From Callorhinchus milii (lineage: Eukaryota), in the NCBI RefSeq assembly GCF_018977255.1, contig NW_024704743.1, positions 98,148,001 through 98,212,000 of the forward strand: 64,000 nucleotides of DNA, written 5' to 3'. A program made the translations under genes and the position numbers. The notes beneath the pieces were generated by a model. The model did not search any database. It had not been told where the DNA came from and worked only from the letters and a program-made list of their open reading frames with translations. Shown here piece by piece: positions 1 through 11,810 of the stretch. How positions within the stretch are numbered: position 1 is the stretch's first letter; each line of letters starts with the position of its first letter.

Positions 1-150
1 ACAATTTTTGGAGGACTGTAGTTGACAGATATTGGATTGACCTAATTGACTAAATTGGTAGCATTCTTTCATTAGTAGAAAATAATAATCCTTGATTTGA
101 TAAACGCCTATAACACCAAAATGTCTCAAGCATTTTGCAGTAATTACTAT

Positions 151-578
151 TAATAATAATCCTTACATTTGACATAGTGCCTTTCAAATGAGGCAGATGT
201 CTCAAAATGCTTCACAGATTTCATTGTAAAGTGTGGTAGCTGCATATTTTGTAGGTGAACATGGCAGCTAATTTGGACACATCCGTGTCCCACAAACAAT
301 CATGATGTAAATAACTAATTTTATTTGGGAGATTGTTGGCCAGGACACTGGGAGAAACTCCATTCCCTTTTTGATAAGTGCCATGGGAATTTTAACATCC
401 ATCTGGACAGACAGATGGGACCTCGATTTAATGTCTCATCTGAAGGACAGCACCTGGAACAATTCAGCACACCCCGAGCCTTGCAGTAATGTGGCATTTT
501 GGACCATGCAAATTCAAGGACCCAATATGGAGCTTGAAGCCACAACCCTCTGACCCACAGAGGCGAGAATGCTACCAA
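151..578 (-). mobile_element. Deu-domain tRNA SINE (SacSINE1-like)
   Basis: Minus strand reads tRNA-like head (GGTAGCATTCTCGCCTCTG..GGTTGTGGCTTCAAG), Deu-type core (CAGATGAGACATTAAATCGAGGTCCC..CCCATGGCAC) and an L2-type tail ending (ATT)n. An extra tail-only copy lies at ~81-137. Confidence 0.8.
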
Positions 579-1632
579 CAATTTAAAAGTTCATTTTCTG
601 TCTAGAAGAATACAAATTTGCCCTCTTACGCAAGCAAATCTTGAAAAACTGATATGAAATACAAAAAGCATACAATCTGATATATGGCATTTAGAAAAGA
701 ATATTGTTCTCCTCCAGGTTAAAACAAAATAGCGTAGTTTGGCTCTTGAGTGGAGCAAAGGGGTGTCAAAAATGTTGGGATTCTAAAAATAGTTTATGAA
801 TGGTTTAGGAACCCCAACATTTTTGCCCTAGTATTTGCACTCACTCAAAATTAGTGAAAGGTGCTCCATAATGACATGCCACTTTAAATCATAGTCCTGA
901 CGTGTTGGATGTGAGTCCAGTGCTCTGGCACCAGAGTTTAATGGTTCATATTTCAAGAGTATTTTCTGCTGGCTCAAGCCACATTGATCGAATTCAATCA
1001 GTGGACAAGAAATGAATAACGTTCCATTCACTGGAGCTATAATCCTTCAAACTAATGAATGGCAACAGACACTTAAAAGAAAAATTAAAGAAAATTTCTT
1101 GCATCCCAGTATTAGCTGTTGGCAAATATAAATTAGTTATTAGTACACTCTGCGCTAATAAAATAGAATTTGTCTGCATTTGACACGTCTCTGTTTTGTT
1201 ATTTACATTGCCATTCTTGAAAATGCTACAAGGGATTCACAATAAATCTATGCGAGGAGTTCAGGTTAATTTTCTCTTTCTTGAGGCAGACTTGTTCTGT
1301 TCCCCATCCCATGGATATATATAGATTGTTTAGCATAATTTATGAGGCTGATCCCATTCTAAAATTCAAATTTGAGAAATAAATCACGCAATTAAATGAA
1401 AATGCTGTGTCTCTGAAGCATAAGGCCCTATTGGACTGAATAACAAACACTGCCAAAGGAAAGGAACTGAACTAAAGTGAATGAAAGCTGATTTACATGT
1501 ATAACACCAGAGGCAATGAATATCTTTCCAATTCAGGAGAATAGCAAATCTAAGTTTTGTTCCTCATGGGCTATTTATGTTAGTATAGTGCTTTAATCCC
1601 CTTCACCTTATATTATGCTTTAATCTTGGAGG

Positions 1633-1859
1633 GGAGTCCTCTAGCTCAGTGGTTAGAGCACTAGCCTCACAAGCGAGAGACCTGGGTTCGATTTCCGGCC
1701 GGGCAAGTTTCCTTACTCCGCACCCCTGATAAAAAAAATAAGTTGGTCACTTCAACCCACGACTGTTTGTGGGACACTGCTGTGCACAATTGGCATTTTG
1801 AGACGTCTAGAAGACATGAAAAGCACTATATCAAATTCAAGAATTATTATTATTATTAT
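1633..1859 (+). mobile_element. tRNA-Ala-headed SINE, internally deleted copy
   Basis: GGAGTCCTCTAGCTCAGTGGTTAGAGC (A box), GGTTCGATTTCC (B box), L2-type tail and (ATT)n. Confidence 0.8.
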
Positions 1860-2319
1860 CTTTTATAGCTTATGGTGAACTTTACACTCAAATATTGAGA
1901 TATTTATGATCATCTCTTGAAAATAAATTTTTCATTGACAAAGAAATAGTTGAAATTTTAAATGGGCTTCAGATAAACAGTCATAATGGCCCATACTGTA
2001 ATAACAAAACAAAGTTGTCAATTTGTATAAGGAACCTGAGGACTTAAATTAGAACTGAGGTATTATGGAAACTAATGAATGATGAATATGTTTTGTTCTC
2101 TTGAAACCTATATATTGAGGACATGGAGTATGAAATGAAGTAAATTATGTATTAAAAAGGTTTGCCTTATCAGTGGAATAAACTTTGTGTCGCACCATTA
2201 TCCACTCTTTTATTTATAAAATAGCTAAAATGTGGATATGTAAATTTGAATTTATTACAAAATGATTTTTTTTGGTCAGTGGATATCTGACACATGTGTA
2301 AACCTATCACCGTGCTTAA

Positions 2320-4231
2320 TAATCCTGGAGGCGAAGAACAACCCCAGGCTTCTTTTCTCTACCACATCCCGACTCCTCCGTCCCCCCTGCCTCCCCACAC
2401 AGGTCATCTCTTCCAACCTTCACTGCGAGGAGATGCTGAATTTCCTTGAATCCAAAATCAAGGGAATCCGCTCCGCGATCACTGCCCCTCCAACTTCCAC
2501 CCACTTCCCACCGCTTCCCTCCCACACTCCGACTCCTACCCATCCTCCCCTACACACCTTCGAACCCGTTTCCCCTCCCTCTGTCACCAACCTCATCCTG
2601 TCCTTGAAACCCACCACCTGCTCCCTGGACCCCATCCCCACTCCTTATCTCCCAGCTCCACCTCCTTGCCCCACTTCTCACAGACACCATTAACCTGTCC
2701 CTCTCCTCTGGCTCTGTTCCCATTCCCCTCAAAACTGCCACCATCACTCCCACACTGAAAAAACCCTCCCTTGATGCGTCTCAGCTATCAAGTTACTGGC
2801 CCAACTCCAACCTCCCCTTCCTGTCCAAGGTTCTCGAAAGAGTCGTCGCTTCCCAGCTGCGCTCTTTCCTCTCCACCCATTCGCTTTTTGAACCCGGAAA
2901 CCGCCCTGGTCAAGGTCACTAATGACATCTTGACCATCTGCGACCAGGGCTCCCTATGCCTCCTCGTCCTCCTCGACCTTTCGGCCGCATTCGATACAGT
3001 CGACCACTCTATCCTCCTCCACCACTTGTCCTCCCACCTCAACCTTCAAGGCCCTGTCCTTGAGTGGTTTAGGTCCTACCTCTCCCACCATCTTCATTTT
3101 GTTTCCACTAATGGCTTTTCCTCCAGCCCCCGCACTGTCTCGTGCGGCATCCCTCAGGGTTATGTCCTCGGTCCCCTCCTCTTCACCCTCTATATGCTCC
3201 CCCTTGGTGACATCATCCGCAGACATGGGGTTAACTTCCACATGTATGCGGATGACACCCAACTCTACCTTTCCTCCTCTACCCTCAACTCCACGACCAC
3301 CGATGTCCTGACAGCCTGCCTGTCCGACATCGAGTCCTGGACGAGAGACAACTTTCTTCAGCTCAACGTGCGCAAAACTGAGGCCCTCCTGATTGGCTCA
3401 CGTCAGCGCCTCCGCACCTCAGGCGCTGACAGCATCAGCATCCAAGGCTGCACTCTCCACCTCTCAAAGCCAATCAGGAACCTCGGTGTTCTGTTCGAAC
3501 CTGAACTGTCCTTTCTTCTCCACATCCGCGGCACAACTGGCACCGCCTTCCACCACCTCCGAAACATCGCCAGACTACGGCACTACCTCACCCCTCACGC
3601 TGCTGAAACTCTGGTCCACGCCTTTATCACCTCAAGGCTGGACTATGGGAACTCTCTCCTCGCCGGCCTTCCCGGCACCTCCCTCCACAAGCTGCAGGTC
3701 ATTCAGAACTCTGCAGCTCGTGTACTGTCCCGCACCAGGCTTCGCGACCACATCACTCCCACCCTCGCTCGCCTCCACTGGCTCCCCATCCCCCAGAGGA
3801 TCGAATTCAAGATCCTCATCCTCACCTACAAGGCCATTCACGGCCTTGCACCCTCCTACCTCTCCGACCTACTATTCCCCTACTTACCTGCCTGTACCCT
3901 CCGTTCCTCTGGCTCCGGTCTGCTCCACACCCCCTGCCCTAACCGCCTTACCATTGGTGGCCTGGATTTCAGACTCTAGCCCCGAGGCTCTGGAACTCCA
4001 TCCCCCAGTGCCTTCCTCCCTTTCCTCCTTCAAGGCCGGTCTCAAGACCTTTCTCTTTGACCGAGCCTTCAGCTCCCCTCTCGACTCTCTACCCCCTCCT
4101 CGCTCCCTCCCTTCCCTTCCCTCACCTTGACATTTTCCCCCCTGCTCGGGTCCCGACCCAACTGTCCAGCGCCTTGGGACGTCCTCTCGACGTGAAAGGC
4201 GCTCTATAAATGCAATCTTGTTGTTGTTGTT
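2320..4231 (+). mobile_element. L2-clade LINE, subfamily A, 5'-truncated
   Basis: EN-RT linker plus RT and C-terminal domain ([17 protein letters not shown] at 3245-3256, LHWLPI). 3' UTR ends GGGACGTCCTCTCGACGTGAAAGGCGCTCTATAAATGCAATC(TTG)n. Probable TTAA target duplication. Confidence 0.95.
2771..3979 (+). pseudogene. Disrupted L2 reverse transcriptase ORF
   Basis: RT motifs are in frame from ETALVK onward. Upstream frameshifts include a 32-nt deletion removing the QSGFR motif that is present in the 41.8-kb copy. Confidence 0.9.
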
Positions 4232-4460
4232 AAGAGTATTTAAACTACTTGTTCCATAAGTGTATGCCATGTACACATGAAAATGTCCCTGTATCTGGAA
4301 TGGAATACGCACTCTCTCCCAGGAGGGATGAATCCTGCTTGCTTAATTCAGAGAATATAAGGTACAGGTTGACAAAACTTGAGAGCCCCAGAGTGTGTGT
4401 TGAGAGCACTGTCTGACAAGCTTCCTGCTGCAGCTTATCCAGCTAGGATCATCCTATCCA
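4232..4460 (+). repeat. Unclassified old interspersed repeat (copy 1; left part at ~2275-2319, split by the L2)
   Basis: Shares blocks GGAATGGAATACGCAC, AGCACTGTCTGACAAG and TCCAGCTAGGATCA with 44390-44890 and 57960-58560. Confidence 0.7.
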
Positions 4461-4734
4461 TTACAGCTTTGGCTTGCAAGTTTAACAAGAGCTAAGTGGC
4501 AAGAATCCTTGCCCCCAGGGACTGGTCTGCCCCCTTGTAGTCAAACTCTTGCTATTGAGAGAACCTTTAGCTTGAATATCCTTTGAACACTTGGATGGTT
4601 TAAACATGAAACAAACAATTAGTAACGAAAAATAACCATGTACAACAATGGTATCAATCACAAAGCAAACTGCTACAGTAAGTCAGAGTTGTGAATGACT
4701 ATCAGTAATGATACCGTCATTAACCTACGGGTGT

Positions 4735-4910
4735 GCTTCCGATCTTCCATTGGTGCTGAGTGAGCTGATGTCAACTCGTGAGGTGCTCTTCTTAACACTG
4801 TTGGGTCACAGTTCCCCTTGGTGAAAGGGGAAAAAATACCCTAAATTTGTTGCAACCAGCAACTAGCTCCTCCCACAATCCATCCAGCAACTAGGATTAC
4901 CGGTTGTGAG
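4735..4910 (+). mobile_element. Old SINE-like repeat (tentatively AmnSINE2-like)
   Basis: GTGCTGAGTGAGCTGATGTCA..GGGGAAAAAA block resembles minus-strand fragments at ~25430-26025, 33535-33680 and 54165-54225. Family name is from recall only. Confidence 0.4.
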
Positions 4911-4984
4911 AAGAAACTCATTGCTCATTTTCAAAATGATTTATTTAAAGTTGCCAACGATGAACAGGTATTATTCTGTAATGT

Positions 4985-5304
4985 TAATAATAATAATAAT
5001 AATCCTTGCATTTGATATAGCGCTTTTCATGTCAGGAGGACGTCCCAAAGCGCTTCACAGAACACACTGTAAAGTGAATTGACTGTATATTTGTGGGCGA
5101 ACTCGGCAGCCAATTGCGCACAGCAATGTCCCACAAACAGTCGTAGATTGAAAATGACCAATTTATTATTGTTTTTGGTTTCGAAGGGATTATTATTAGG
5201 CGTGTGGAGTAAGGAAACTTGCCCACGGTTTCGCCCTGCCTGGAATTGAACTCAGGTCTCTCGCTTGCAAAGCGAGTGCTCTAACCACTGAGCTACAGGA
5301 CTCC
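4985..5304 (-). mobile_element. Young short tRNA-Ala-headed SINE, full length
   Basis: Near-identical to 39386-39708, 48868-49177, 56503-56822 and 63374-63698. Head has TTTGCAA (TGC) anticodon-like loop; L2-type tail. Confidence 0.95.
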
Positions 5305-5399
5305 ACAATGCCAAGTCATCTCTGTTTTCACACAAGGCAGAGTATAAATTGAACATCCAAGTGTTCCTCATCCTGCTGCCTTGGTATATACATAAGTAT

Positions 5400-5556
5400 T
5401 GTTCTAGATTTACTTTCTCTATCCCATCCTGTTGCTTTTATATATTCCTAATGTCTCCTCTGAGGCTGAAGAGCTTAGTTGTTATGGTTGTTCCTCATAG
5501 TTCATCCCTATAACACTGGGGAATAGCCTCGATGCTCTCCTGCATACAGCCTCCAA
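5400..5556 (-). mobile_element. Decayed CR1 LINE fragment
   Basis: Resembles the CR1 C-terminal coding region, as at 33977-34432. Confidence 0.45.
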
Positions 5557-6389
5557 GATGAAGCAGTTCGTTTTATATGGTACTACCGAAAAGTTTTTTA
5601 AAAAATCGATTGCCTGTATTGCTGACTGGCTAAAAGTGTAATCAGACCTGGCCTAGAATATTTCCGGGTGTTGAGTGTGCAAACTCCTTCTGTCAACAGA
5701 TTTGTGGCACTTTAGATAACATCAGCGGTTGATTCACAGTAAGACTGGCCTAATGGGTATTGGTTTTCTTTAAAGAATGGGGTAGATTTGGAAGCAGTGT
5801 GATAGCACTGGGGGGATTCCACTTTCTCACAGCGCTTTTTTTCTGATGCACTCCATGGCCAGGAAATACACTACTGATATCATTCTCCTCCCTTCGAATC
5901 TTGTTCTAAACCACTCTGTCAGGCCAAACAAAAGATACCTATGCACAAGCAATGGAGTATTCAAATAAAACATAAAAATAACCTCAACAAGAACCAAATT
6001 AATCAAAACTGTCCTCTTTATCACCTGCATTCACACCCCACTATATTCCCCAGTCCCACAAAGGGCTTGATCACCACACAGTCACTATTCTCCTGCTTCA
6101 CAACCAACAAATAGAAATACAAGTCAGCCTCTTCCATTTTCCTTTACTTAAAAATATATTTTTCAACCCCCTCCACCCCAAAATATTTGTCTGTTTGATT
6201 AACAAAGGGGCCCAGTGTGATGCCGCATTTAAACAGCACATGCACCCAAACAAACATGACTCTCTGGTCACATAATTGTATGGTCATTTCCACTTGTTTA
6301 AGTATGGAATCCCATCCATACCCATATTTCCTCTGTTTTCTCATTATATAGGGACATAATACAACAAACAATCTTTTCTGTGGGACAAA

Positions 6390-6773
6390 GAAGGTTGCAG
6401 GGTCAAATGTTAGAGGTCTTAAAAATTATCAATGGGGAAACAAATTTCCATTAGTCAGTGAGTCAGTAACTAGAGGGCATTAATTTAAAATGGCTAGCAA
6501 ATGGGGAGATTTTGAGGGACTATTATCAGGCATGTGGAGTAAGGAAACTTGCCCAAGGTTTCGCCCTGCTTAGAATCGAACCCAGGTCTCTCGCTTGCAA
6601 AGCAAGTGCACTAACCACTGAGCTACAGGACTCCACACGTTAGATAAATATCTATAAAGAGGTAAATTGCAGCGGTATGGGGAAAGGACAGGTAAATGGT
6701 ACTGAAAGGATTGCTCTTAAAAGGTCTGGCACAGACACGATGGGTGTTCATCTGTGCTGTAAATCTCTACGGT
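6390..6773 (+). mobile_element. CR1 LINE 3' fragment interrupted by a SINE head
   Basis: GTAACTAGAGGGCAT (TRGH motif), then 3' UTR GGTATGGGGAAAGG..CTGTGCTGTAAATCTCTA. Confidence 0.7.
6512..6634 (-). mobile_element. Short tRNA-Ala SINE, head only (3' part deleted)
   Basis: Matches the first ~120 nt of the young SINE; body and tail are absent. Confidence 0.9.
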
Positions 6774-7669
6774 TGTAATAATTTATATAGTGCCCTTCTC
6801 ATAGTCTCGAGGTGCTTTACAATAATGTTTTTGGATGCCGAACAAGAGAGAAGGGGGAAGCTGAGGGGGAAAGGGGGAGATGACGAGAGACGTGCTCGGA
6901 GAGGTAGGTTTATAGGCAGAAAATACTAAATAAATGAAACATACCTGTATTGTTATGATTGGCTGTGGCAGGTCCAATTCAGCCACAAGATCCCAAGAAA
7001 GTGCAGCATTGTGGTCTAATATGTGGTTTGTTTTTGATAAGAAGTCCCATTAGAATTCCTGTCAATCTGGGGACTTCACTCCAGAAATAAATTGTGTCTG
7101 AGTGGAGTTCAGCTCAGGCCAGTCTGATGTACTTCTGATCACTGGAAGGAGTACCCATTTGTACTGATCAAATTCCTTAATAAGTAAACCCGGGAAAGGA
7201 ACACTTAAAGCAGACGCTAATATGTCTTTCAGGTAACAGATTTTCTCGAGTTTCTGCAGCTTAGACTGAAAGGAGCTGGTTGTTTTAATGAATGGCAGCA
7301 ATGTGTTCAAAAAGGTTGCACTGACATGAGTGGACTAAATATGTATCACAAGAAAGTATGAAACGAGAAAATACTTTATTGCTCACTGAGACCATTTCCG
7401 TCTTAGATCATGTACACTCTGCTCTGTCATAGACAATATTCCATTTAGTTGATCTCCTGAACGAAGGTTCTGCAAAATTTATCCTCGACTCCCAAACTTA
7501 ATGAAGTGATTCTCTTGAATAACTATCCATCTCTAGCATTCATCTCCTCCAGTTACTTTCCATAGTGATGTTTCCTTCATCCCAGCAGCAGGGCAATTAT
7601 TATGTTCCATGAAGTATTTGATTGTCTTTGTCTCTATGTATCCACGCAACCATCAATCACATTCCTATC

Positions 7670-7970
7670 CAGTTATTTATCCAGTTCTTTTTGAAAGAGT
7701 TGATCAACTCAGAATTCCAGACACTGGGGAAAAAAGCTTTCTAGTCTCTTGCCTCGCTCGAGGCTTGTTAACTTTCAGATGATGCTTTCTTACTCTCGAC
7801 TCACAATTCAAGTAAATCGTCTGCTTGTAGTGGCATTATCCAAGGCTCAGCATTTGAAGGATCCAGATCAAATCCTCCTTCAGTCTTCTTTTCTCCAATA
7901 AAAAAATCTGTTTTGTGAGTGTGTCTTCAGAAAGTGCCCCATATTCCAGAATTATCCTTAATCTGTTTTT
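7670..7970 (-). mobile_element. Decayed CR1 LINE 3' fragment
   Basis: TCAAATCCTCCTTCAGTCTTCTTTTCTCC is the reverse of the EKRRLxxDL coding motif. Confidence 0.55.
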
Positions 7971-7997
7971 TTTAATTCTCCCATTGATCTTTTAACA

Positions 7998-8400
7998 AAT
8001 AATCCTGGCATGTGGTGTAGCATCTTTCACATCAGGAAGACATCTCAAAGTGCTTTACGGGATATACTGTAAAGAGTGGTGAATGTGTATTTATAGCCAA
8101 TTCTTGCAGAGACATGAAGTGAGTAACTGATTTTATTTGAGATTGTTGGCCGAAAGACACCAGGAGAACCCCCATTCGTTTTGAAAAGTGCCAGAGAATT
8201 TTTAACATTCACCTGAACAGGCAGACAGGTATTTAGTTTAACTGCTCATCCGAAGGACGTTGAAACCAAAAATGCAACAATGCAATCCCCCGGCAATGCA
8301 CTGGTGTCCACCTAGACTTGTGAATTCAAAGGCCTGATGTGGGACTTGAACCCACAGTCTAAGGACTCAGAGGTGAGATTGCTCCCAACTAACCAAGCTA
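7998..8400 (-). mobile_element. Deu-domain SINE (SacSINE1-like)
   Basis: Head, Deu core and L2-type tail as at 151-578. Confidence 0.8.
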
Positions 8401-9797
8401 TCACTTTTGGGTATAGAGTGTCTAAAATTTCACATGATATACTGTACAAGTTTGTAATGACTTTTATTCTATAATAAAAAGCCCTCAATATAAATCCTTC
8501 ATTGGTAACAGTTTCATATTGACTAGAAGCTTTCAGTCAATGATCAATAATTATACCTTTTGTTTTCTTCTTTTTATTCTCCATTTTAGTCACTCGTTTT
8601 TGTAGGACATTGGTGAGTTTGCCTGCATAAAACCTTTTGTATAAATTATATTTTAAATATATTATTTATTTGCAGATCATCATCACATTCTTTGATTGTG
8701 TTATTAACTGTAGCTGTCTTCTGTGATTCATGTAAACAAGAAGGCATTGCCCTGCTGTTTCTATTTCAGAAATAAGTACTTTCTCTAGTACAATAAGACT
8801 TTCTCTAATTATCCTGCTTTATAGTTGCTCTGAATCCAAATTGTTTTAAATGCTTGCTCACTTCATTCTTGTTTGTGAGACATTGCTGTACTGTTTTTTC
8901 CTATAGAACAATATTTATTTTATTTTGAATCAATTATACTTTGTAAAGTGCATGGAGATATTTATTTTTACTTGACAAGAGCTACATAACAACAAGTTAT
9001 TTTTATTATTACAATATCCAATTTTTTCCCACCTTTGGTAATGGGAATTGTGTTTCGTTTTCAACTTTCAAATGATGGTTGTTTATCCACTCTCTGGAAC
9101 TCTCTTCCTAAATCTTTCTGCTTTGAACTCTCCCTCTCCACTTTCAAAACGCACCAAAAACGATCTCTTTGACTATTCCCTCAGCCACCTCCCTCCCACT
9201 CCCTCTGTTTCCCACTTAAGTCAGGTTCCCAATGGACATTATCATCCTCTATCCACTTTAAAATTCACCATTTCTTATTCCATCAACTTAATTGATCTGA
9301 TCCTTTGTGATCCTTCTCTATAATCAAACTATGCCTATGCCATTCAATAATATTATTTTCTCCAACATGAATCAGTAGTAGTGTGAAGAGAAGGGACCTA
9401 GAATAGACTACAATCACTGGCCCGCTCTCGTTTTTTTTCCCATTATTATTCTTTTCTATCATCACTGCTTTCTAAGTGTTAAAATAGTTTTTTGATCACA
9501 AAAGTAGCGGTGAAAACAAATATTCAGAACATTGGAATTCTAAAATGAAACCAGAAAATATTTAATATCCATAACTGACACCTGAAAAAAAATCCAGAAG
9601 TGACCCTTCATTAGAACTAGTGGTGTTCACTTCTGTTGAAGTGTTAGACAGCGAACGATAACTTGTGCCTCAGTTTTAGATGATCAACCTGGAGTACATT
9701 TCAATTCAAGCCTTATTGTTTGAATTCAGGTTGATAGTTTATCTTTAATTCAATGAACATCAATCTTCCTTTAAAGATTGAAGGAAAATCATTCCAA

Positions 9798-10000
9798 GTA
9801 GTTCAGTTGATTAAGCATCATGTTTGAGGCCACAATGTTCTAGGTTCGAACCCCAATGGGTTGACTTAGCTTTACACTCGGTTCCTGAGAGGAAGAGAAG
9901 TGAGATCTCCCTGAGTTTGAAGCTGTCTCTGGGATATGTTTGCTCTGAGATGCCATCTGGCGTGAAGGGCGCTATATAAATGCAAGTTGTTGTTGTTGTT
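9798..10000 (+). mobile_element. Distinct tRNA-derived SINE with L2 (TTG)n tail
   Basis: A-box-like GTAGTTCAGTTGATT, B box GGTTCGAACC (9843-9852), GGGTTGACTTAGCTTT body, tail GTGAAGGGCGCTATATAAATGCAAG(TTG)n. Confidence 0.6.
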
Positions 10001-11211
10001 TTGGAAAACCAGACAGGTTTGCAACAAACCAATGCTTGTGGATGGTTGATCAGCTTGTCGGGTTATTTTAATGAACCTGTGAAATAAAACCCTAACAGGT
10101 AAAGTGGTCCCAGTTAGAGAAGTAACAAGAAATGAAACAGTGCTCTGATGTGTGCTAACAAAGATAATATACTGGGCTTTAGCTTACATTATCAAAGTGA
10201 GAGACTTAGAAGAATTTTTTGAACGAGTGACTTTGCTGAAGGAACTTTTCACCTAGAAACTATTTTAACAGAAATGTATTTTGGCTCTCAGCATAATACT
10301 CAGATATAAAAAAAGATGAGCATTGTGTATTGCCTTCTTCAAGAGAAGAAAACTATTTCAAACTTAATGCACTCAGACAGCCTCACAGTAACATTGCATT
10401 TTGTATCACCAATTTGGATGTCCTATAAATGTTCATTTTAGATCATCCACTATTGAGTGGTCACCAAGGAAATGGATAATTCTCAAAAATAAAAGAGCAG
10501 TACTAGTGATGACGCTGAGTCAAAAATTGCAAATCATTTGTGACACAGTTTAAAAAAAACAAATCAGCAATAGCCTGGACAGATGGAGGAGCATTCAGAT
10601 ATTGCTCTGGGGTGCAGCTGCTGAGACTACAAAAATGATGATTGTTCCAAAAATAAACTGTATCCTGGGCTTGATTCCATTGCTGGGGCTGGCCAGGCGT
10701 TTCAAAGAGGTATCAAGGGCATTCAATGAAGTCTTGTGGGGGACTGACAAATACAATACCCATCTTAGAAATAACAGCAGCTCCGAAAAAGTGTCATGAG
10801 TGAGAGTGACAGTGAGACTGCACTCCTCACCCCCGCTGCCAACCCCATTATTGAAGGCTGATAGAAGAAGCAAAACAAACGATTGATTCCTGAAACATTC
10901 AATTGAGAAGTTTCAGATTCAGTGTCATCATCTCTCGATCACAAAATTTTACTAAAATGATTCGAAAGCCAGGAAACTTAAAGGGCATTTCAGCTGACAT
11001 TGTTTATCGTTCACCAACATGTCTGTCGTGAATTTACCAACCACTCAGTTGTTTTTTTTATGATTTTGCACATTGAGAAATTGTTTGATTTGGTATTTCT
11101 CAGATCTGTGGGCTCTTTATCATTCTGAATGACTTGAGTCTCAAAACATTTTTTTCCTTTAAAATAAGCTTTCAGAAAGAAATATTTTTTTTTACTGAAG
11201 AATCAATTAAT

Positions 11212-11575
11212 AACAACTTGCTTTCCATTAGCGCCCTTCACGTGGGACGTCCTCCCGATGTGGAAGGCGCTTTACAAATATAATTTTGTGTTATATTGTA
11301 TAACATCCTGGAATGCTTCACAGGGATACAGTTGGGCATCAAGCAAGGGATAAAGGGGAGATGGCCATAGGGTTGTCAATGAGGTAAGAGTTTAGGTAGG
11401 ATTTAAAGACAGTAGAGAGAGGGAGGGCGAGATAAAGAATGTAGTTGGGGAAGGCTCAACCACCTCTGGTGGTGCAGAAGAAGTGAGGACGCACAGCAGT
11501 CACTCGTAAGCCAAGAATGGGGTATAGATTACAGTTAGGAAGGTGCTAGGACCTGAAGGGGCTTGTAGATGAGAA
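11212..11575 (-). mobile_element. Old L2 3' fragment with an antisense L2 tail inserted at 11244-11298
   Basis: Minus tail ACAACTTGC..GCCCTTCACGT is interrupted by plus-strand GGGACGTCCTCCCGATGTGGAAGGCGCT and resumes at AACATCC..GCTTCACAG. Confidence 0.65.
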
Positions 11576-11669
11576 TGTTCAAAATGCATTTTAAACATAA
11601 GGTGTGAAGTGCTCTCTAAGTCCTGCCGACAAGGCAGGTGGCTTGTCTGTTATCAGCACCACCTTGGAA

Positions 11670-11810
11670 TACTATAAGACATGCCTGGTTCAGGAACAAG
11701 ACTACTGAGACCACCAGAGAGGGTTGACTTGATTCCAACATTCCATTGGCAATTACATCACCTTGGAGTCAGTTCAGTTCTGAGAAGATCCCACTTATCT
11801 TTCCTCCAAG
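11670..11810 (+). repeat. Unclassified old interspersed repeat (3' fragment)
   Basis: CCTGGTTCAGGAAC..GACTTGATTCCAACATTC..CTTGGAGTCAGTTCAG matches 44774-44885 and 58454-58510. Confidence 0.6.

Noticed and set aside
2771..3979. Host gene or retron/group II intron/DGR reverse transcriptase
   Set aside because: Motifs, APE domain in the sister copy and (TTG)n tail are typical L2-clade non-LTR; copies are frameshifted.
3393..4312. Long Ser/Pro-rich and Gly/Arg-rich ORFs overlapping L2s (also 36547-37027, 42598-43110)
   Set aside because: Alternative and antisense frames kept open by the C-rich strand skew of L2.
4232..4460. L2 3' transduction explaining shared sequence after two L2-A tails
   Set aside because: Flanks are much more diverged than the L2s, and the homology continues on the 5' side of the insertion.
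9530..9620. Penelope-type hammerhead ribozyme remnant (minus GTTCTAATGAAGGGTCA)
   Set aside because: The CTGANGA core is mutated and no GAAAC follows. Other CTGANGA words I inspected (21734, 28216, 57355, 58399) also lack stem II plus GAAA.
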